Notes: a model not told the origin generated them from the letters alone. Positions 45,482 through 57,009 are shown, numbered from the stretch's first letter. The stretch: 64,000 bases of DNA from Oceanispirochaeta sp. (GCA_963666275.2 CAXXOA010000002.1:1600001-1664000), one strand, 5' to 3'. Made by a program: numbers and translations.

Positions 45482-47691
45482 TGCAGAAGATCCTCCAGTT
45501 CCATGGGTTTTCCCAGGAAATATCCCTGAACTTCATGGCATCCCAGGTCTTTCAGTTTCTTCATCTGCCATTCCGTTTCCACACCTTCCGCCAGAACCTG
45601 CAGAGAGAGATTCTGGCCCAGGGGGATTATAAGGTCCACCAGCCTGACGTCCTCTTTCCCGTCTTCAATATTGCTGATAAAGGATTTGTCTATTTTCAGT
45701 CTGTTCACCGGCCACTGATCGATAGAAGACAGAGAGGAGTATCCTGTACCGAAATCATCGATTGCCAGACTGACACCTCTTTCTCTTATAGCTCCCAGGA
45801 GTTTCAGAATTTCATCTTCCCCCATGATGGCTATGGATTCTGTGATTTCTATTTCCAGAAAGGAAGGGTCGATTTCTATTTCAGAGAGCGCGGCATCCAG
45901 ATTCTGGAGGAAATTCTGGTGTCTCAGCTGCATGGCCGAAACATTCACAGCCATTTTCAGATCAGGATAGCCATTCTGATGGATCTTTTTCAGAGAATTC
46001 AGCGCCATCCTCAGGACCCAGAATCCGATGGGGATGATCAGTCCTGACTGCTCTGCCAGAGGGATGAATCTGTCGGGAGGAATAAACTGACCATCCGGAT
46101 TTTTCCATCTCAGGAGGGCTTCAAAACTGTATACTTTTCCTGTTGCCAGATTGGCCTGGGGCTGGAACATAAGGAACAGTTTTTTTTCTGAGAATGCCCC
46201 TCTCAGATTATGAAGAAGGAGAATGCGTTCTCTCGTTTCAAAACCGATCTTCTGGTTGTAGGTTACTATCTTTCCGAACCCGTCGGCTTTTGCCCTTTTC
46301 AGAGCCAGATAGCCGTTCCGCAGGACATCCGAACCGGAGGGGGATTCTGTGAGAATATCCACAATCCCGATTGTCAGAGACAGCTCCCTTTCGCCGTCCT
46401 GAGTGGATATGGTCACTGACGAGAGGGTTTCCTGCAAATCCTGAGTCAGCGAGGACTTCTCCATGATGATACCGAAAATATCCGCTCCTATCCTGGCCAG
46501 ATAGGCATTGTCCCCGATGATCTGAAGAAGTCTGTCTTTCAGTGACAGCAGGATCTGATCTCCATAATCATGTCCCAGAAGGTCATTGATCTGATGGAAT
46601 CCGTCAATATCCAGGATCAGAAGGCACCTGCCTTCATTTTCCTTCTCTCTCAATAGTGTTGAGATTTTATCAAGAAGGGCCAGCATATTGGGTATATCCA
46701 GAGTCGGATCTACCCAGGCCTGACGTTTGAGCCGGCTCACCAGTTCAATATTGCTGGCACTCAGGGAAAGGTTGGTGCAGAAAATTTCGAGCAGCCTGTT
46801 ATCTTCCTCATTGAGAGTTTTGGGAGAATCGATCCAGGTGGAATACTGCATCCCCGAGGGCTCCTCAAAATAGACCGTCAGACTCTCCCTATCAATCAGA
46901 TTCTGCTTGTTCTTCAGAGACTGCTTAATACAATCCCTTATGTGGGCATCTTCAATATCACTGATATTATGGTGGATCAGATGCCTGTAGCTGCCTGCTG
47001 CAGCGATCACCCGGCAGTTGCTGTTGAAGCAGACGGGATCATTCTCCTGATCGTCGCTCCGTTTATAGGATGTGCAGAGAATCCCGTCCGAATCCAGGCC
47101 GAAAAGGCTGGCAATCTGTGTCACCACACCTTCCGCAAAGGTTTCAAGCCCTTCCTGAACGATCAGTTCATTGCTGGCTTCTATGATTTTTTCCAGCCCC
47201 ATCCTGCTGTTGTCCAGCCGGTTGATCTGTTCCCATGATCTGAGAGCGGAAAAAAGGGTGGTGATCAGTTTGGTTTTTGTCAGTTCACTCTTGGTTTTGT
47301 AGTCATTGATGTCAAATCTTGTAATCGTCTCCAGCTCGGGGACCTGTCCGGGCTGTCCGGTTCTGAGGATGATTCTGACCGCATCCATTTTAAGGACTTC
47401 CCGGATATATTTTACAGCGTTCAGTCCTGCATCATCGGTTTCCATGACCGCATCCATCAGGACTGTCGCAATCTGGGGATTGTTCTTGAGATATTCCACG
47501 GATTCCGCTCCGCTGTAGGCATGGTGAAACTTCAGCGGGCGATCCAGAATTATGGCATCCCTGAGAGCAAATTCCGTGACATCATGAACATCCTGGTCGT
47601 CATCGACAATCAGAATATGCCAGGGAGGTCGGCTCAACATCGGATTGGGCTCTTTTTTTTCTTTTTTGAATACTAAAGGTCTATCTTTCAT
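45451..47691 (-). CDS. REC-DUF3369-like-GGDEF(degenerate)-EAL protein, probable c-di-GMP phosphodiesterase
   Basis: IILRTGQPGQVPE receiver, RIGADIF in place of GGDEF, FEALLRW, IDDFGTGYSS, AEGVE, QGY. Confidence 0.88.
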   Translation of the reverse strand: MKDRPLVFKKEKKEPNPMLSRPPWHILIVDDDQDVHDVTEFALRDAIILDRPLKFHHAYSGAESVEYLKNNPQIATVLMDAVMETDDAGLNAVKYIREVLKMDAVRIILRTGQPGQVPELETITRFDINDYKTKSELTKTKLITTLFSALRSWEQINRLDNSRMGLEKIIEASNELIVQEGLETFAEGVVTQIASLFGLDSDGILCTSYKRSDDQENDPVCFNSNCRVIAAAGSYRHLIHHNISDIEDAHIRDCIKQSLKNKQNLIDRESLTVYFEEPSGMQYSTWIDSPKTLNEEDNRLLEIFCTNLSLSASNIELVSRLKRQAWVDPTLDIPNMLALLDKISTLLREKENEGRCLLILDIDGFHQINDLLGHDYGDQILLSLKDRLLQIIGDNAYLARIGADIFGIIMEKSSLTQDLQETLSSVTISTQDGERELSLTIGIVDILTESPSGSDVLRNGYLALKRAKADGFGKIVTYNQKIGFETRERILLLHNLRGAFSEKKLFLMFQPQANLATGKVYSFEALLRWKNPDGQFIPPDRFIPLAEQSGLIIPIGFWVLRMALNSLKKIHQNGYPDLKMAVNVSAMQLRHQNFLQNLDAALSEIEIDPSFLEIEITESIAIMGEDEILKLLGAIRERGVSLAIDDFGTGYSSLSSIDQWPVNRLKIDKSFISNIEDGKEDVRLVDLIIPLGQNLSLQVLAEGVETEWQMKKLKDLGCHEVQGYFLGKPMELEDLLQWLKNRTENL

Positions 47692-47849
47692 AGTTGTAAA
47701 TGTCCTTTAGAATTGTAATACAGCCATGGCCTTTTTACAAAAAAGCAGAGCCTTTTTTGCTGTGAAACAGATTTTTTTCCGATATTGGAGGTATGGGCCT
47801 GAGGGAGAGATTCTTCTTTACGCGGTCTTATGAGGGAGTTTTAAAAATT

Positions 47850-48800
47850 ATGTTCCAAAATCTGCTTAAATCCGTTATTTTAATTCTGCTTTTTTCGGCT
47901 CTGTTCGGTTGTACCTCTCTGGATCTGATCCTTCAGGAGCCCCGGGTTGTGGATACTTCTGTGACCGTGACGGATCTGTCTTTCACGACAATCACACTGA
48001 TGGCGGATATCACCCTCTATAATCCCAACAAGGTCTCCCTGGACCTTAAGAGCTTTGCCTACAGTCTGGACCTGGAGGGCGTCTCTCTCTTTTCCGGAGA
48101 GAATGCGGAGGGACTCTCACTGGGGGCTGAAGCAGCATCTCACATAAAAATACCCCTTACCCTGGCATACAGGGATATTTTTGCACTCCCCGGTGCCCTG
48201 GAAGGGAAGAACCAGGCGGAGTATGCATTCAATGGGGATTTTTCCTTTACTCTTCCTGTGGCAGGTGATATCACACTTCCGGCCCGGAAGGAGGGGACTT
48301 TTCCTCTGGTTCGGCTGCCCCGGTTCCGCTTTGTCAGCCTCAAGGTTGTAGACCTGGGGATGATGGGGGCGGACATCGATATCCTGATGGAAACGGAAAA
48401 CCCCAACAGCTTCGCCCTGAATCAGAAAGGATTCGAAGGGGAACTGATTGTGAACAATGAGCGCTGGGCTTCACTGTCTCTGCCGGAGGAGCAGACAATT
48501 GAAGCGGGAGAGAAAGGGCAAACCATGTTCCGGATCCGCCTGGAGTTCCTCTCAATGGGAAAAACCGTCAGGGATCTCCTTTCGGGGGAGAAAACTCTCT
48601 ACTACTCTTTTCCTGGGTTTGTCGGTTTAGGGGGAGATCTGGAAATGCTTGACCTGGAATCCCTGGATCTGGATCTGTCCGGAGAGATCGAGCTGAACAA
48701 ACCGGATACCACCACCGAAGGGCGGCACAGTTCTGAAAAAATCGAGGGGTCCATTGAGGACAATCTGATTCACCTTTTCGGGAACTATCAGGCTCCCTAA
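47850..48800 (+). CDS. Tandem LEA_2/WHy-domain lipoprotein
   Basis: Lipobox LFGC; two NPN motifs (YNPN, ENPN); ATG 47850 preferred. Confidence 0.8.
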   Translation: MFQNLLKSVILILLFSALFGCTSLDLILQEPRVVDTSVTVTDLSFTTITLMADITLYNPNKVSLDLKSFAYSLDLEGVSLFSGENAEGLSLGAEAASHIKIPLTLAYRDIFALPGALEGKNQAEYAFNGDFSFTLPVAGDITLPARKEGTFPLVRLPRFRFVSLKVVDLGMMGADIDILMETENPNSFALNQKGFEGELIVNNERWASLSLPEEQTIEAGEKGQTMFRIRLEFLSMGKTVRDLLSGEKTLYYSFPGFVGLGGDLEMLDLESLDLDLSGEIELNKPDTTTEGRHSSEKIEGSIEDNLIHLFGNYQAP

Positions 48801-48835
48801 GAAGTAGATGAGACTAATAATATTATGAAAACCTA

Positions 48836-48865
48836 TTGACTTAAGTTAATAGGGGTTAATATAAT
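48836..48865 (+). promoter_or_regulatory. Sigma70 promoter of the DUF2023-flavodoxin operon
   Basis: TTGACT-18 nt-TATAAT. Confidence 0.6.
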
Positions 48866-48894
48866 GCTCCTGTAATACCATTTCGGGAGTACTT

Positions 48895-49245
48895 ATGAAG
48901 GTGTTTCTCCATCACATCTATGAATTGAAGAAAGGTTTGAGAAGGCTCGTCCTCCATACCTGCCCGGCAGAGGATATCTGCTTTGTGGAACAGAAACTGA
49001 ATAGGGAGGGGATCCCTTTTCTTAGCTGTCAGGTCAGTGAGAAGAAATTCAACGTTTTTTTCGGTGACCCTCTGTGCATCTCTGTTTTAAAAGAGTTCTC
49101 CACGCTGGCTCTAAACGAGCTGAGTGACCAGGAAGATTTTATCCTGGGGACCCTTCTCGGCTATGATCTGAAAATTCAGTGTTCCCGGTTTCTGGATAAA
49201 GTCCGGACCGGAAGAGAAAAGCATCTGACAGCTTGTACCGCCTGA
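48895..49245 (+). CDS. DUF2023 family protein
   Basis: VFLHHIYELKKGLRRLVLHT, NVFFG, EDFILGTLLGYDLKIQCSRF. Confidence 0.8.
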   Translation: MKVFLHHIYELKKGLRRLVLHTCPAEDICFVEQKLNREGIPFLSCQVSEKKFNVFFGDPLCISVLKEFSTLALNELSDQEDFILGTLLGYDLKIQCSRFLDKVRTGREKHLTACTA

Positions 49246-49263
49246 AAAATGAAGGAGTTTTAT

Positions 49264-49749
49264 ATGACATTGATCATTTTCGGTTCAACCACCGGCAATA
49301 CTGAAGCAGCGGCGGAAAAAATCGCTGCCCGTCTGGAAGAGGATACTAAAGTTTTCTCTGTTGCTCAGGTTTCGAACAATGACCTTGAGGAAGCGGATTT
49401 TCTGATCCTGGGAACATCCACATGGGGATTTGGAGACATTCAGGATGACTGGGAAGAGGGGCTCTCCAAGCTGGATAATGCTGATATTTCGGGCAAGCCG
49501 GCAGCTCTCTTCGGTCTGGGGGATCAGGAAGGCTATCCTGATACCTTTGTTGATGGAATGCTGCCCCTGAAGGAAGCCCTTATCCGGAACGGAGCCGTTC
49601 TGAAGGGGACCTGGTCAACCGAAGGATACAATTTTGAACACTCTGCTGCCTGCTCGGAAGATACCTTCCCCGGGCTGGCCCTGGATGAAGATAATCAGAG
49701 CGATCTGACCGATCAGAGAATTTCTGACTGGATCAGTTTGCTTCGATAG
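49264..49749 (+). CDS. fldA: Long-chain flavodoxin
   Basis: GSTTGNT, GTSTWGFGDIQDDW, FGLGDQEGY, GLALDEDNQ; AAGGAG SD. Confidence 0.92.
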   Translation: MTLIIFGSTTGNTEAAAEKIAARLEEDTKVFSVAQVSNNDLEEADFLILGTSTWGFGDIQDDWEEGLSKLDNADISGKPAALFGLGDQEGYPDTFVDGMLPLKEALIRNGAVLKGTWSTEGYNFEHSAACSEDTFPGLALDEDNQSDLTDQRISDWISLLR

Positions 49750-49766
49750 AGTTTATACCCCCTTTC

Positions 49767-49807
49767 GGGCTGTCCCCCTCTCTGCCGGAGGGGGCAGCCC
49801 TTTTTTT
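49767..49807 (+). terminator. Rho-independent terminator
   Basis: GGGCTG(T)CCCCCTC-loop-GAGGGGGCAGCCC followed by T7. Confidence 0.8.
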
Positions 49808-49895
49808 CTGTTTACAGAGAACAACTGATCGCGTATTATACTGCTATTGATTTCCGGATCAAATCCCGGGAAACCGTGTCTTTAAGGAGTTTAAG

Positions 49896-50201
49896 GTGAA
49901 AAAGTGCCAGTTTCTTTTCCTCTGTGTTCTGTTGTCGGCCCTGCTGATTTCCTGCACGCCCGGAGCGAACGGGTTGGAAGGTACCTCTCCCGGTGCAGGG
50001 GATCCTGCCGGCTTCCTGATGGGGATCTGGCACGGGGCTATCTCATTTTTTACCTTTATACTCTCTCTGTTCAACAAAGAAATATCAGTTTATGAAGTGC
50101 ATAATAACGGGGGTTGGTATAACTTCGGTTTTATTATGGGAATCCTGATGGCCTACGGAGGCAGCGGAAGGGGAGCCGGTTGTGGAAAACGGCGCAGATA
50201 G
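49896..50201 (+). CDS. Small conserved hypothetical membrane lipoprotein
   Basis: AAGGAG SD, lipobox LISC, PAGFLMGIWHG...YEVHNNGGWYNFGF. Confidence 0.75.
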   Translation: MKKCQFLFLCVLLSALLISCTPGANGLEGTSPGAGDPAGFLMGIWHGAISFFTFILSLFNKEISVYEVHNNGGWYNFGFIMGILMAYGGSGRGAGCGKRRR

Positions 50202-51396
50202 GGCATGGGAGCCCTCCCGCATCAGCAGTGATCCTGGACCGAGGCTGTCTTTTCCGGCCGGACTGAAATCCGGCGGGGTCTCTCCCGCCTTTGATATGCA
50301 CTGTCATATTTTCAACAAAGACTATGTCCCCGACAGGTTCCTGAGGATCAAGCTTCCCATGAAAGACTGGTTCCTCGGGGGAGCCGAATGGTTTCTGCAC
50401 AGAATCATAGGCTCCCGGGATACGGATAAACTCAGTTCTCTGGCCTATTTTCTGGATATTATTGCCGAAAAGGAGATGGAGAATATTGCCCTCCGGGTTC
50501 TCGGTTACTATGAAAACCATGCTCTTTTCGGTCCGGACACAGTGATTTGTCCTCTTATGATGGATTTTCAGCCCCGGACGGGAGACGGCATAAAGGGAAA
50601 GACAAAGAAGGATTTTCCCCGGCAGATTGATGAAATCAAAGCCCTTACGGATAAATATCCCGGCCGGATCCTGCCTTTCCTGGCCATAGATCCCCGAAGA
50701 CCCCGGGTGCTGGAAGATATTTTTCTGCCGGCCTTTGAATCCTCCTGCTTCGGCGGGGTAAAACTCTATCCCTCCCTGGGATACCTTCCCTCCCATCCCG
50801 TCCTTCTCAACATGTATGAGATCTGCGAAGAAAAGAATATCCCCGTCACTGTCCACTGCGGTACGGGAAGTGTCCGTTCCTCCCGGGCCCATCTCAGGAA
50901 CATTCCGGGACTGCGGTACGATCGGAACAATCCTGAAGCTCCGGCAGAGATGGGTGAGGAAAGCCGGTGGCTCCTGAGCAAAGCCGCCTTTGCCGAATAT
51001 TTCAATCATCCCGACAGATGGCGGCCTGTGATGGAACGATTTCCCCGGCTGCGGCTGAATCTGGCACATTTCGGCAGTACCCTTCAGTGGGAGAAGTTCC
51101 TGAAAGGAAAAAGCAATACCTGGCCTTCCAGAATCATCGACCTGATCTACCGTTACCCCCATGTGTATACGGATATCTCCTACAATATCTGTGCTTCCGC
51201 CCAGTATGCCCCCTTGAGGGAACTCCTTTTAAGAAATCCCCGGCTCCGGGAGAGGGTGCTGTACGGATCGGATTACTTCATGGTTGTAAAAGAGGGGCAT
51301 TTCCGCACTATGCTGGCTGAGTTCACCACAGCTATGGGAGAAGAGCTGATGACGCAGCTGAACAGAAGAAACCCTGCTGAGTTTCTGGGGTTGTAA
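50182..51396 (+). CDS. Amidohydrolase family protein (Amidohydro_2-like)
   Basis: DMHCH, GVKLYPSLGY, VHCG, AHFG, YGSDY; start uncertain. Confidence 0.85.
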   Translation: MENGADRAWEPSRISSDPGPRLSFPAGLKSGGVSPAFDMHCHIFNKDYVPDRFLRIKLPMKDWFLGGAEWFLHRIIGSRDTDKLSSLAYFLDIIAEKEMENIALRVLGYYENHALFGPDTVICPLMMDFQPRTGDGIKGKTKKDFPRQIDEIKALTDKYPGRILPFLAIDPRRPRVLEDIFLPAFESSCFGGVKLYPSLGYLPSHPVLLNMYEICEEKNIPVTVHCGTGSVRSSRAHLRNIPGLRYDRNNPEAPAEMGEESRWLLSKAAFAEYFNHPDRWRPVMERFPRLRLNLAHFGSTLQWEKFLKGKSNTWPSRIIDLIYRYPHVYTDISYNICASAQYAPLRELLLRNPRLRERVLYGSDYFMVVKEGHFRTMLAEFTTAMGEELMTQLNRRNPAEFLGL

Positions 51397-51506
51397 AGGC
51401 TCTGACACAGAAATCCTGGCGTAATTGACTGAAAATGCTTGACCGGAAAACTATACGGTCTTAATATCAGACAATATAACTATAATGATTTACCGGAGAT
51501 GCCGGA

Positions 51507-52721
51507 ATGTCTGAAAATTCAGCTGTTTTCAAAGAACGAAAAGTACTCCTCACCCTTTGCTATTTTTCATTCGGAATGATAGGTCTTCTTTTTAGCATGA
51601 GGACGAATATTTTTCAGTATGTACAGGCGGATTACCTGGATGGCTATACTCACATTGCCTCTCTGGTTCTTATTTCTGGAATCCTCATGCAATTTCCTCT
51701 ATTTCTTACAGGCCTTTTTATTGAAAAAAAGGGATTTCAGAAAGCTCTTCTCCTGGGAATGATCAGTTTCTCACTACCGGTCTTTCTGCTATTTTTTGTC
51801 AGATCCGTATTGTTTTTCGATGTAGCTTTTACATTACTCATGCTGGGATACGGCATATCAGTTATGGCACTGAATCTTTTTACAAGCAATCTGCACCCTG
51901 AGAGAAAGGGAAATGTGCTTCTGATGCTCCATCTCTACTTTGCCGTGGGAGCCCTTTTCGGTCCCAGGCTGATAAGTCAACTCACTGATTCCGGTTTTTC
52001 CTGGCAGTTCGGGATTGTCATCTCAGGTCTGCCCCTTCTCATCGTTATAGCTGCTATTTTCAGCATCAACAGGAAAGTTTCATTTTCCATGGAATACGAA
52101 GGGCATGCCGAATCCTCATTGGCTGGAAAAGGGTCGGTGAAGAATCCTATTGTATGGCTGTTTGTTGTTATATTTCTCTGTTCTCAGACCTGGGAGTTTG
52201 GTATGGCTACCTGGTTTGTGATATATGCCAATGATACTTCCGGATTGGATCCTTCCAGTGCTGCATGGTATCTGTCGATGTTTTATGGCTCCTACCCCCT
52301 TGTTCGTATTATTTTCTCCCGATTTATCCATCGTATGAATCTGTTGGTTGTGCTGTTTATTGCCTTCTCTATCTGTGCTTGTTTTATTCTGCTGGGAAGT
52401 CTATCAGGAAATTACCTGTATTTCAGTCTGACCGGACTGGGTGTCGCCTTACTCTATCCAGCTATTATTGCTTCCATGCAGGAACATTTTGGGGGCAGAG
52501 CAACGAAAACCATCGGCTTTGTCACAATGATGGGAGGTTTAATCCAGTATGTGGCTATTTGGTCTGTGGGAATTATTAGCAATCAGCAGGGAATTGAGAA
52601 AGGTTTTTCCTCTCTGATCTGGTATATGCTGGCCGGGGCTTTAACTGTTCTGGCTGTCTTTCTGCTGGAAAAGAAACAATCTTCATCAGAGATGGTTTAC
52701 TCAGGAAGGTTAGACAGGTAG
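51507..52721 (+). CDS. MFS transporter
   Basis: About 12 hydrophobic segments, 404 aa, GLFIEKKG loop, GALFGP. Confidence 0.85.
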   Translation: MSENSAVFKERKVLLTLCYFSFGMIGLLFSMRTNIFQYVQADYLDGYTHIASLVLISGILMQFPLFLTGLFIEKKGFQKALLLGMISFSLPVFLLFFVRSVLFFDVAFTLLMLGYGISVMALNLFTSNLHPERKGNVLLMLHLYFAVGALFGPRLISQLTDSGFSWQFGIVISGLPLLIVIAAIFSINRKVSFSMEYEGHAESSLAGKGSVKNPIVWLFVVIFLCSQTWEFGMATWFVIYANDTSGLDPSSAAWYLSMFYGSYPLVRIIFSRFIHRMNLLVVLFIAFSICACFILLGSLSGNYLYFSLTGLGVALLYPAIIASMQEHFGGRATKTIGFVTMMGGLIQYVAIWSVGIISNQQGIEKGFSSLIWYMLAGALTVLAVFLLEKKQSSSEMVYSGRLDR

Positions 52722-52732
52722 GATTCTCTTCT

Positions 52733-53515
52733 ATGATAATACTCCTGTCTCCCGCTAAAAATATGGATTTTGAAACACCTCTGCCTTCCGGACTGGAGGA
52801 GTTTGCCGAATATACTGAACCTCAGTTTTCCCTTCAGGCCGGTGATCTTGTCCGGGATTGTGTGATCCCCCAGAGCCCTGCTTCCCTTCAGAAGATTATG
52901 GGGATCAGTCCGGGCCTGGCAGCAGAAACTGCCGAAACCTACAGACTTTTTGATCAGCGGAAAGGGATTTCCAGACCGGCTCTCTTTGCCTATGCCGGAG
53001 CGGTTTTTCAGAATATGAAGGTCCATAGCTTTGATCCTGATGCTCTGGTTTTCGCCCGGGATCATCTTCGCATCCTTTCGGCTCTGTACGGATATCTTTC
53101 CCCACTGGACAGGATTCGGCCCTACCGGCTCGATATGAAGACAAGGATTATTCCGGAAGGCTCTTCCTCCCTGGCGGATTTCTGGCGGCAGGATCTAACC
53201 GATGCCCTGGTCAGGGATCTGGAGAGGCAGGAGACTCCCTTTGTTCTTAACCTGGCCTCCGCTGAGTTCTCAAAGGTGCTTGATAAAAAACAGATCCCCT
53301 GTCCTTTTGTGACCGTTGACTTTAAAGAGGAGAGGGAAGGGAAGCTGAAAACCATCGGCACCTATGCTAAAATGGCCCGGGGGAATATGGTGCATCAGAT
53401 CCTGACGGGTCAGATCGCCGATCCGGAGGAGCTGAAAGCTCTGGATGTGATGGGGTACCGGTATGCTCCGGAAAAGAGTTCCCCTCTGAACTGGCTGTTT
53501 ATAAGAGAGTCCTGA
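52733..53515 (+). CDS. yaaA: Peroxide stress protein YaaA (DUF328)
   Basis: LLSPAK, LSALYG...PYRLDM, NLASAEF, AKMARG. Confidence 0.9.
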   Translation: MIILLSPAKNMDFETPLPSGLEEFAEYTEPQFSLQAGDLVRDCVIPQSPASLQKIMGISPGLAAETAETYRLFDQRKGISRPALFAYAGAVFQNMKVHSFDPDALVFARDHLRILSALYGYLSPLDRIRPYRLDMKTRIIPEGSSSLADFWRQDLTDALVRDLERQETPFVLNLASAEFSKVLDKKQIPCPFVTVDFKEEREGKLKTIGTYAKMARGNMVHQILTGQIADPEELKALDVMGYRYAPEKSSPLNWLFIRES

Positions 53516-53520
53516 AAGGG

Positions 53521-54198
53521 TTACCGGATGAAGGTCACCGACAGGGTTCCGTCATAGAGCAGGTCTGCACCGTTCATCAAATAAACGCTCCCTTCGGGGG
53601 CCAGAATCAATGAATCCGTTAAGGGAATTTCCATCCTGAGAACTGCCCCCGGAGCCGCCGTACGCATCCCGGTGGTGGTGGGATTCCTGTCGCCCGAACC
53701 ATCCTCCGAATGCAGAAAGAGATAGCCGATCCTGGGGCCCAGTGTCATATTGAAAGAGCCCCTTTTCCCTATATCCATAAGAAGTGAAAACCAGAGGGCT
53801 CCCCATTCGGTAAACTCCTCCGGGTCCTCCCTGTTTTCGTCCCAGATAACGGACATGCCGCTGACAGCCGGATTCAGGGAGAGGGCAAACCAGGGGGAGT
53901 CATAGACCATCCAGTTCAGATCTCCCATCAGGCCGAACATGTAGGCTCTGAGTCCCACATCGAGGTTTTCGGTAATGCCGTTTCTTACCTGGACCATGGC
54001 AATGGTCGGGACCGCAGCCGCTTCCGCTCCCTCAGACGTTTCGGGAGATGCCAGAACCCCTGAAGCCAGGGTAATCCTGGTTTCTTCATCTCCGGCGGGA
54101 CGGGCGGAATGGAGGGTCGCGAAACTGGTGCATCCGCTGAGGAGTATCAGCCCTGACAGCAGAAAGCCGCAGAGGATGGAAGGTGACTGGTATTTCAT
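53521..54198 (-). CDS. Hypothetical lipoprotein, possible beta-barrel
   Basis: Lipobox LSGC; alternating hydrophobic strands; ends LSVTFIR. Confidence 0.65.
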   Translation of the reverse strand: MKYQSPSILCGFLLSGLILLSGCTSFATLHSARPAGDEETRITLASGVLASPETSEGAEAAAVPTIAMVQVRNGITENLDVGLRAYMFGLMGDLNWMVYDSPWFALSLNPAVSGMSVIWDENREDPEEFTEWGALWFSLLMDIGKRGSFNMTLGPRIGYLFLHSEDGSGDRNPTTTGMRTAAPGAVLRMEIPLTDSLILAPEGSVYLMNGADLLYDGTLSVTFIR

Positions 54199-54254
54199 AG
54201 GAACTCTCCCGGCATAAAGGATAATCCCCCGGCAGCCTGAAATCCACAGGGGGC

Positions 54255-54284
54255 AAAAAAAGGGGGAAGCCTGAAGCTTCCCCC
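54255..54284 (-). terminator. Rho-independent terminator after eno
   Basis: Minus strand GGGGGAAGC-ttcag-GCTTCCCCC followed by T7. Confidence 0.85.
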
Positions 54285-54313
54285 GAAATATTTCTTACCT
54301 GTTCAGAAAAGGA

Positions 54314-55696
<1,383 letters not shown>

Positions 55697-55801
55697 TTAC
55701 TACTAATCATTCCCTGCAGAGCGGGATTCTCATTAATATGCGGAATTCAGAGCATGAAAGTCAAGGCAATGAGGCAAGGTTCACCGTATTATTTAATTGA
55801 T

Positions 55802-56812
55802 CTAACTCTTTGGAGGGACAATTGTTGCCCGATCCGTATAGGTCTGGCGGATTTTTATCAGATGGGGGGCCTGCCTGCCTTTTTGAATTCGCTCCTGAAG
55901 CATATTTACAGCGTACTCGCCCATAAGCTGGGTATCGATTCTCATGGTGGAAAGGCGGGCTGTTTCCTTTTCCCTGTAGTTGAGGGTATCTCCCGGAGCG
56001 ATCAGGGAAAGATCTGAGGGAACGGAGATCCCCATCCGGTCCAGTTCGTAGAGAACTTTCCGGCCCAGGAGGTCGTCGTGTAGGAAGAGGGCGGTAGGTT
56101 TTATCTCACTTTTCTCTAAAAGCTCACTCATAGCCTCCCGGATACTCCCGTAGGAATCAAGGGTGACAGTTTTTCTGAAATCTGCAGGCAGGGGCAGTCC
56201 CTTTTCCTCCATGGCTTTACAGAATCCGAAGTATCTGTCTGCCATAATGCCCGGAGAGTGATCCCGCCTGTAGTCCATAAAGGCAATATGCCTGTGGCCC
56301 GAGCGGATCAGCTGCAGGGTTCCCTCATAGGCTCCCATAAAATCATCCACGCAGACCGTAAAGAAGCTCTCCTGCAGAGCCGTGCTGTTGATAATGACAC
56401 AGGGAATTCCCCGTTGTTCCAGATCCTCAAAGAGCTCCTGCCGGGTAAACTGAATGCTCAGTACAGCGGAAGCTCCCAGGCTGCGGATTTTTTCCGTGAT
56501 CTCCGGGCTTGTCTCTTCAAACCCTACGGGAAGGATCGAGAGGGTAAACCCCTGTTCCGCCGCCCCGGCAGAAATCTGGCGGATCAGAGGATTGAAGAAA
56601 TAGGCCAGGCTATCACTGTCCTCTGCCATATCCATCAGCAGAACCCAGGGATTCCTTCTGTTCTGTCCGGGCCTTTTATACCCCAGTTCATCAGCGGCTG
56701 TCTGAACCTTTTCCCGGACCTCTTCGGAAATCCGTCCCTTTCCGGACAGAGCCATGGACGCTGTGGTCAGGGATACTCCGGCTTTTTCCGCCACATCATT
56801 CAGTTTTGCCAT
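55802..56812 (-). CDS. LacI-family transcriptional regulator
   Basis: LNDVAEKAGVSLTTASMAL HTH; GHRHIAF; VPSDLSL. Confidence 0.92.
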   Translation of the reverse strand: MAKLNDVAEKAGVSLTTASMALSGKGRISEEVREKVQTAADELGYKRPGQNRRNPWVLLMDMAEDSDSLAYFFNPLIRQISAGAAEQGFTLSILPVGFEETSPEITEKIRSLGASAVLSIQFTRQELFEDLEQRGIPCVIINSTALQESFFTVCVDDFMGAYEGTLQLIRSGHRHIAFMDYRRDHSPGIMADRYFGFCKAMEEKGLPLPADFRKTVTLDSYGSIREAMSELLEKSEIKPTALFLHDDLLGRKVLYELDRMGISVPSDLSLIAPGDTLNYREKETARLSTMRIDTQLMGEYAVNMLQERIQKGRQAPHLIKIRQTYTDRATIVPPKS

Positions 56813-57009
56813 TGTTCTCCTCTTACAGTCATTGTAACGGCCAATGCGTCTCTGTCAAAGGCTCTTTGGTAAAATTTATCAGGATGCCATATTGACGCTG
56901 TAAAAAATCAGGAGTCCAGTCCCTGGGAAGGGATTTGGTGGTTTGAGAAGAGAAAAAACTTGACTGAAGGTAAAAATAAGATAAAATATGGTAAAAAGAG
57001 AGGTAAAAT

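Noticed and set aside
45451..47691. Diguanylate cyclase activity
   Set aside because: The active-site motif is GADIF, not GG[DE]EF
51507..52721. AT-richer MFS gene as a horizontally acquired island
   Set aside because: Hydrophobic codons are T-rich, and there are no flanking repeats, integrase or transposase
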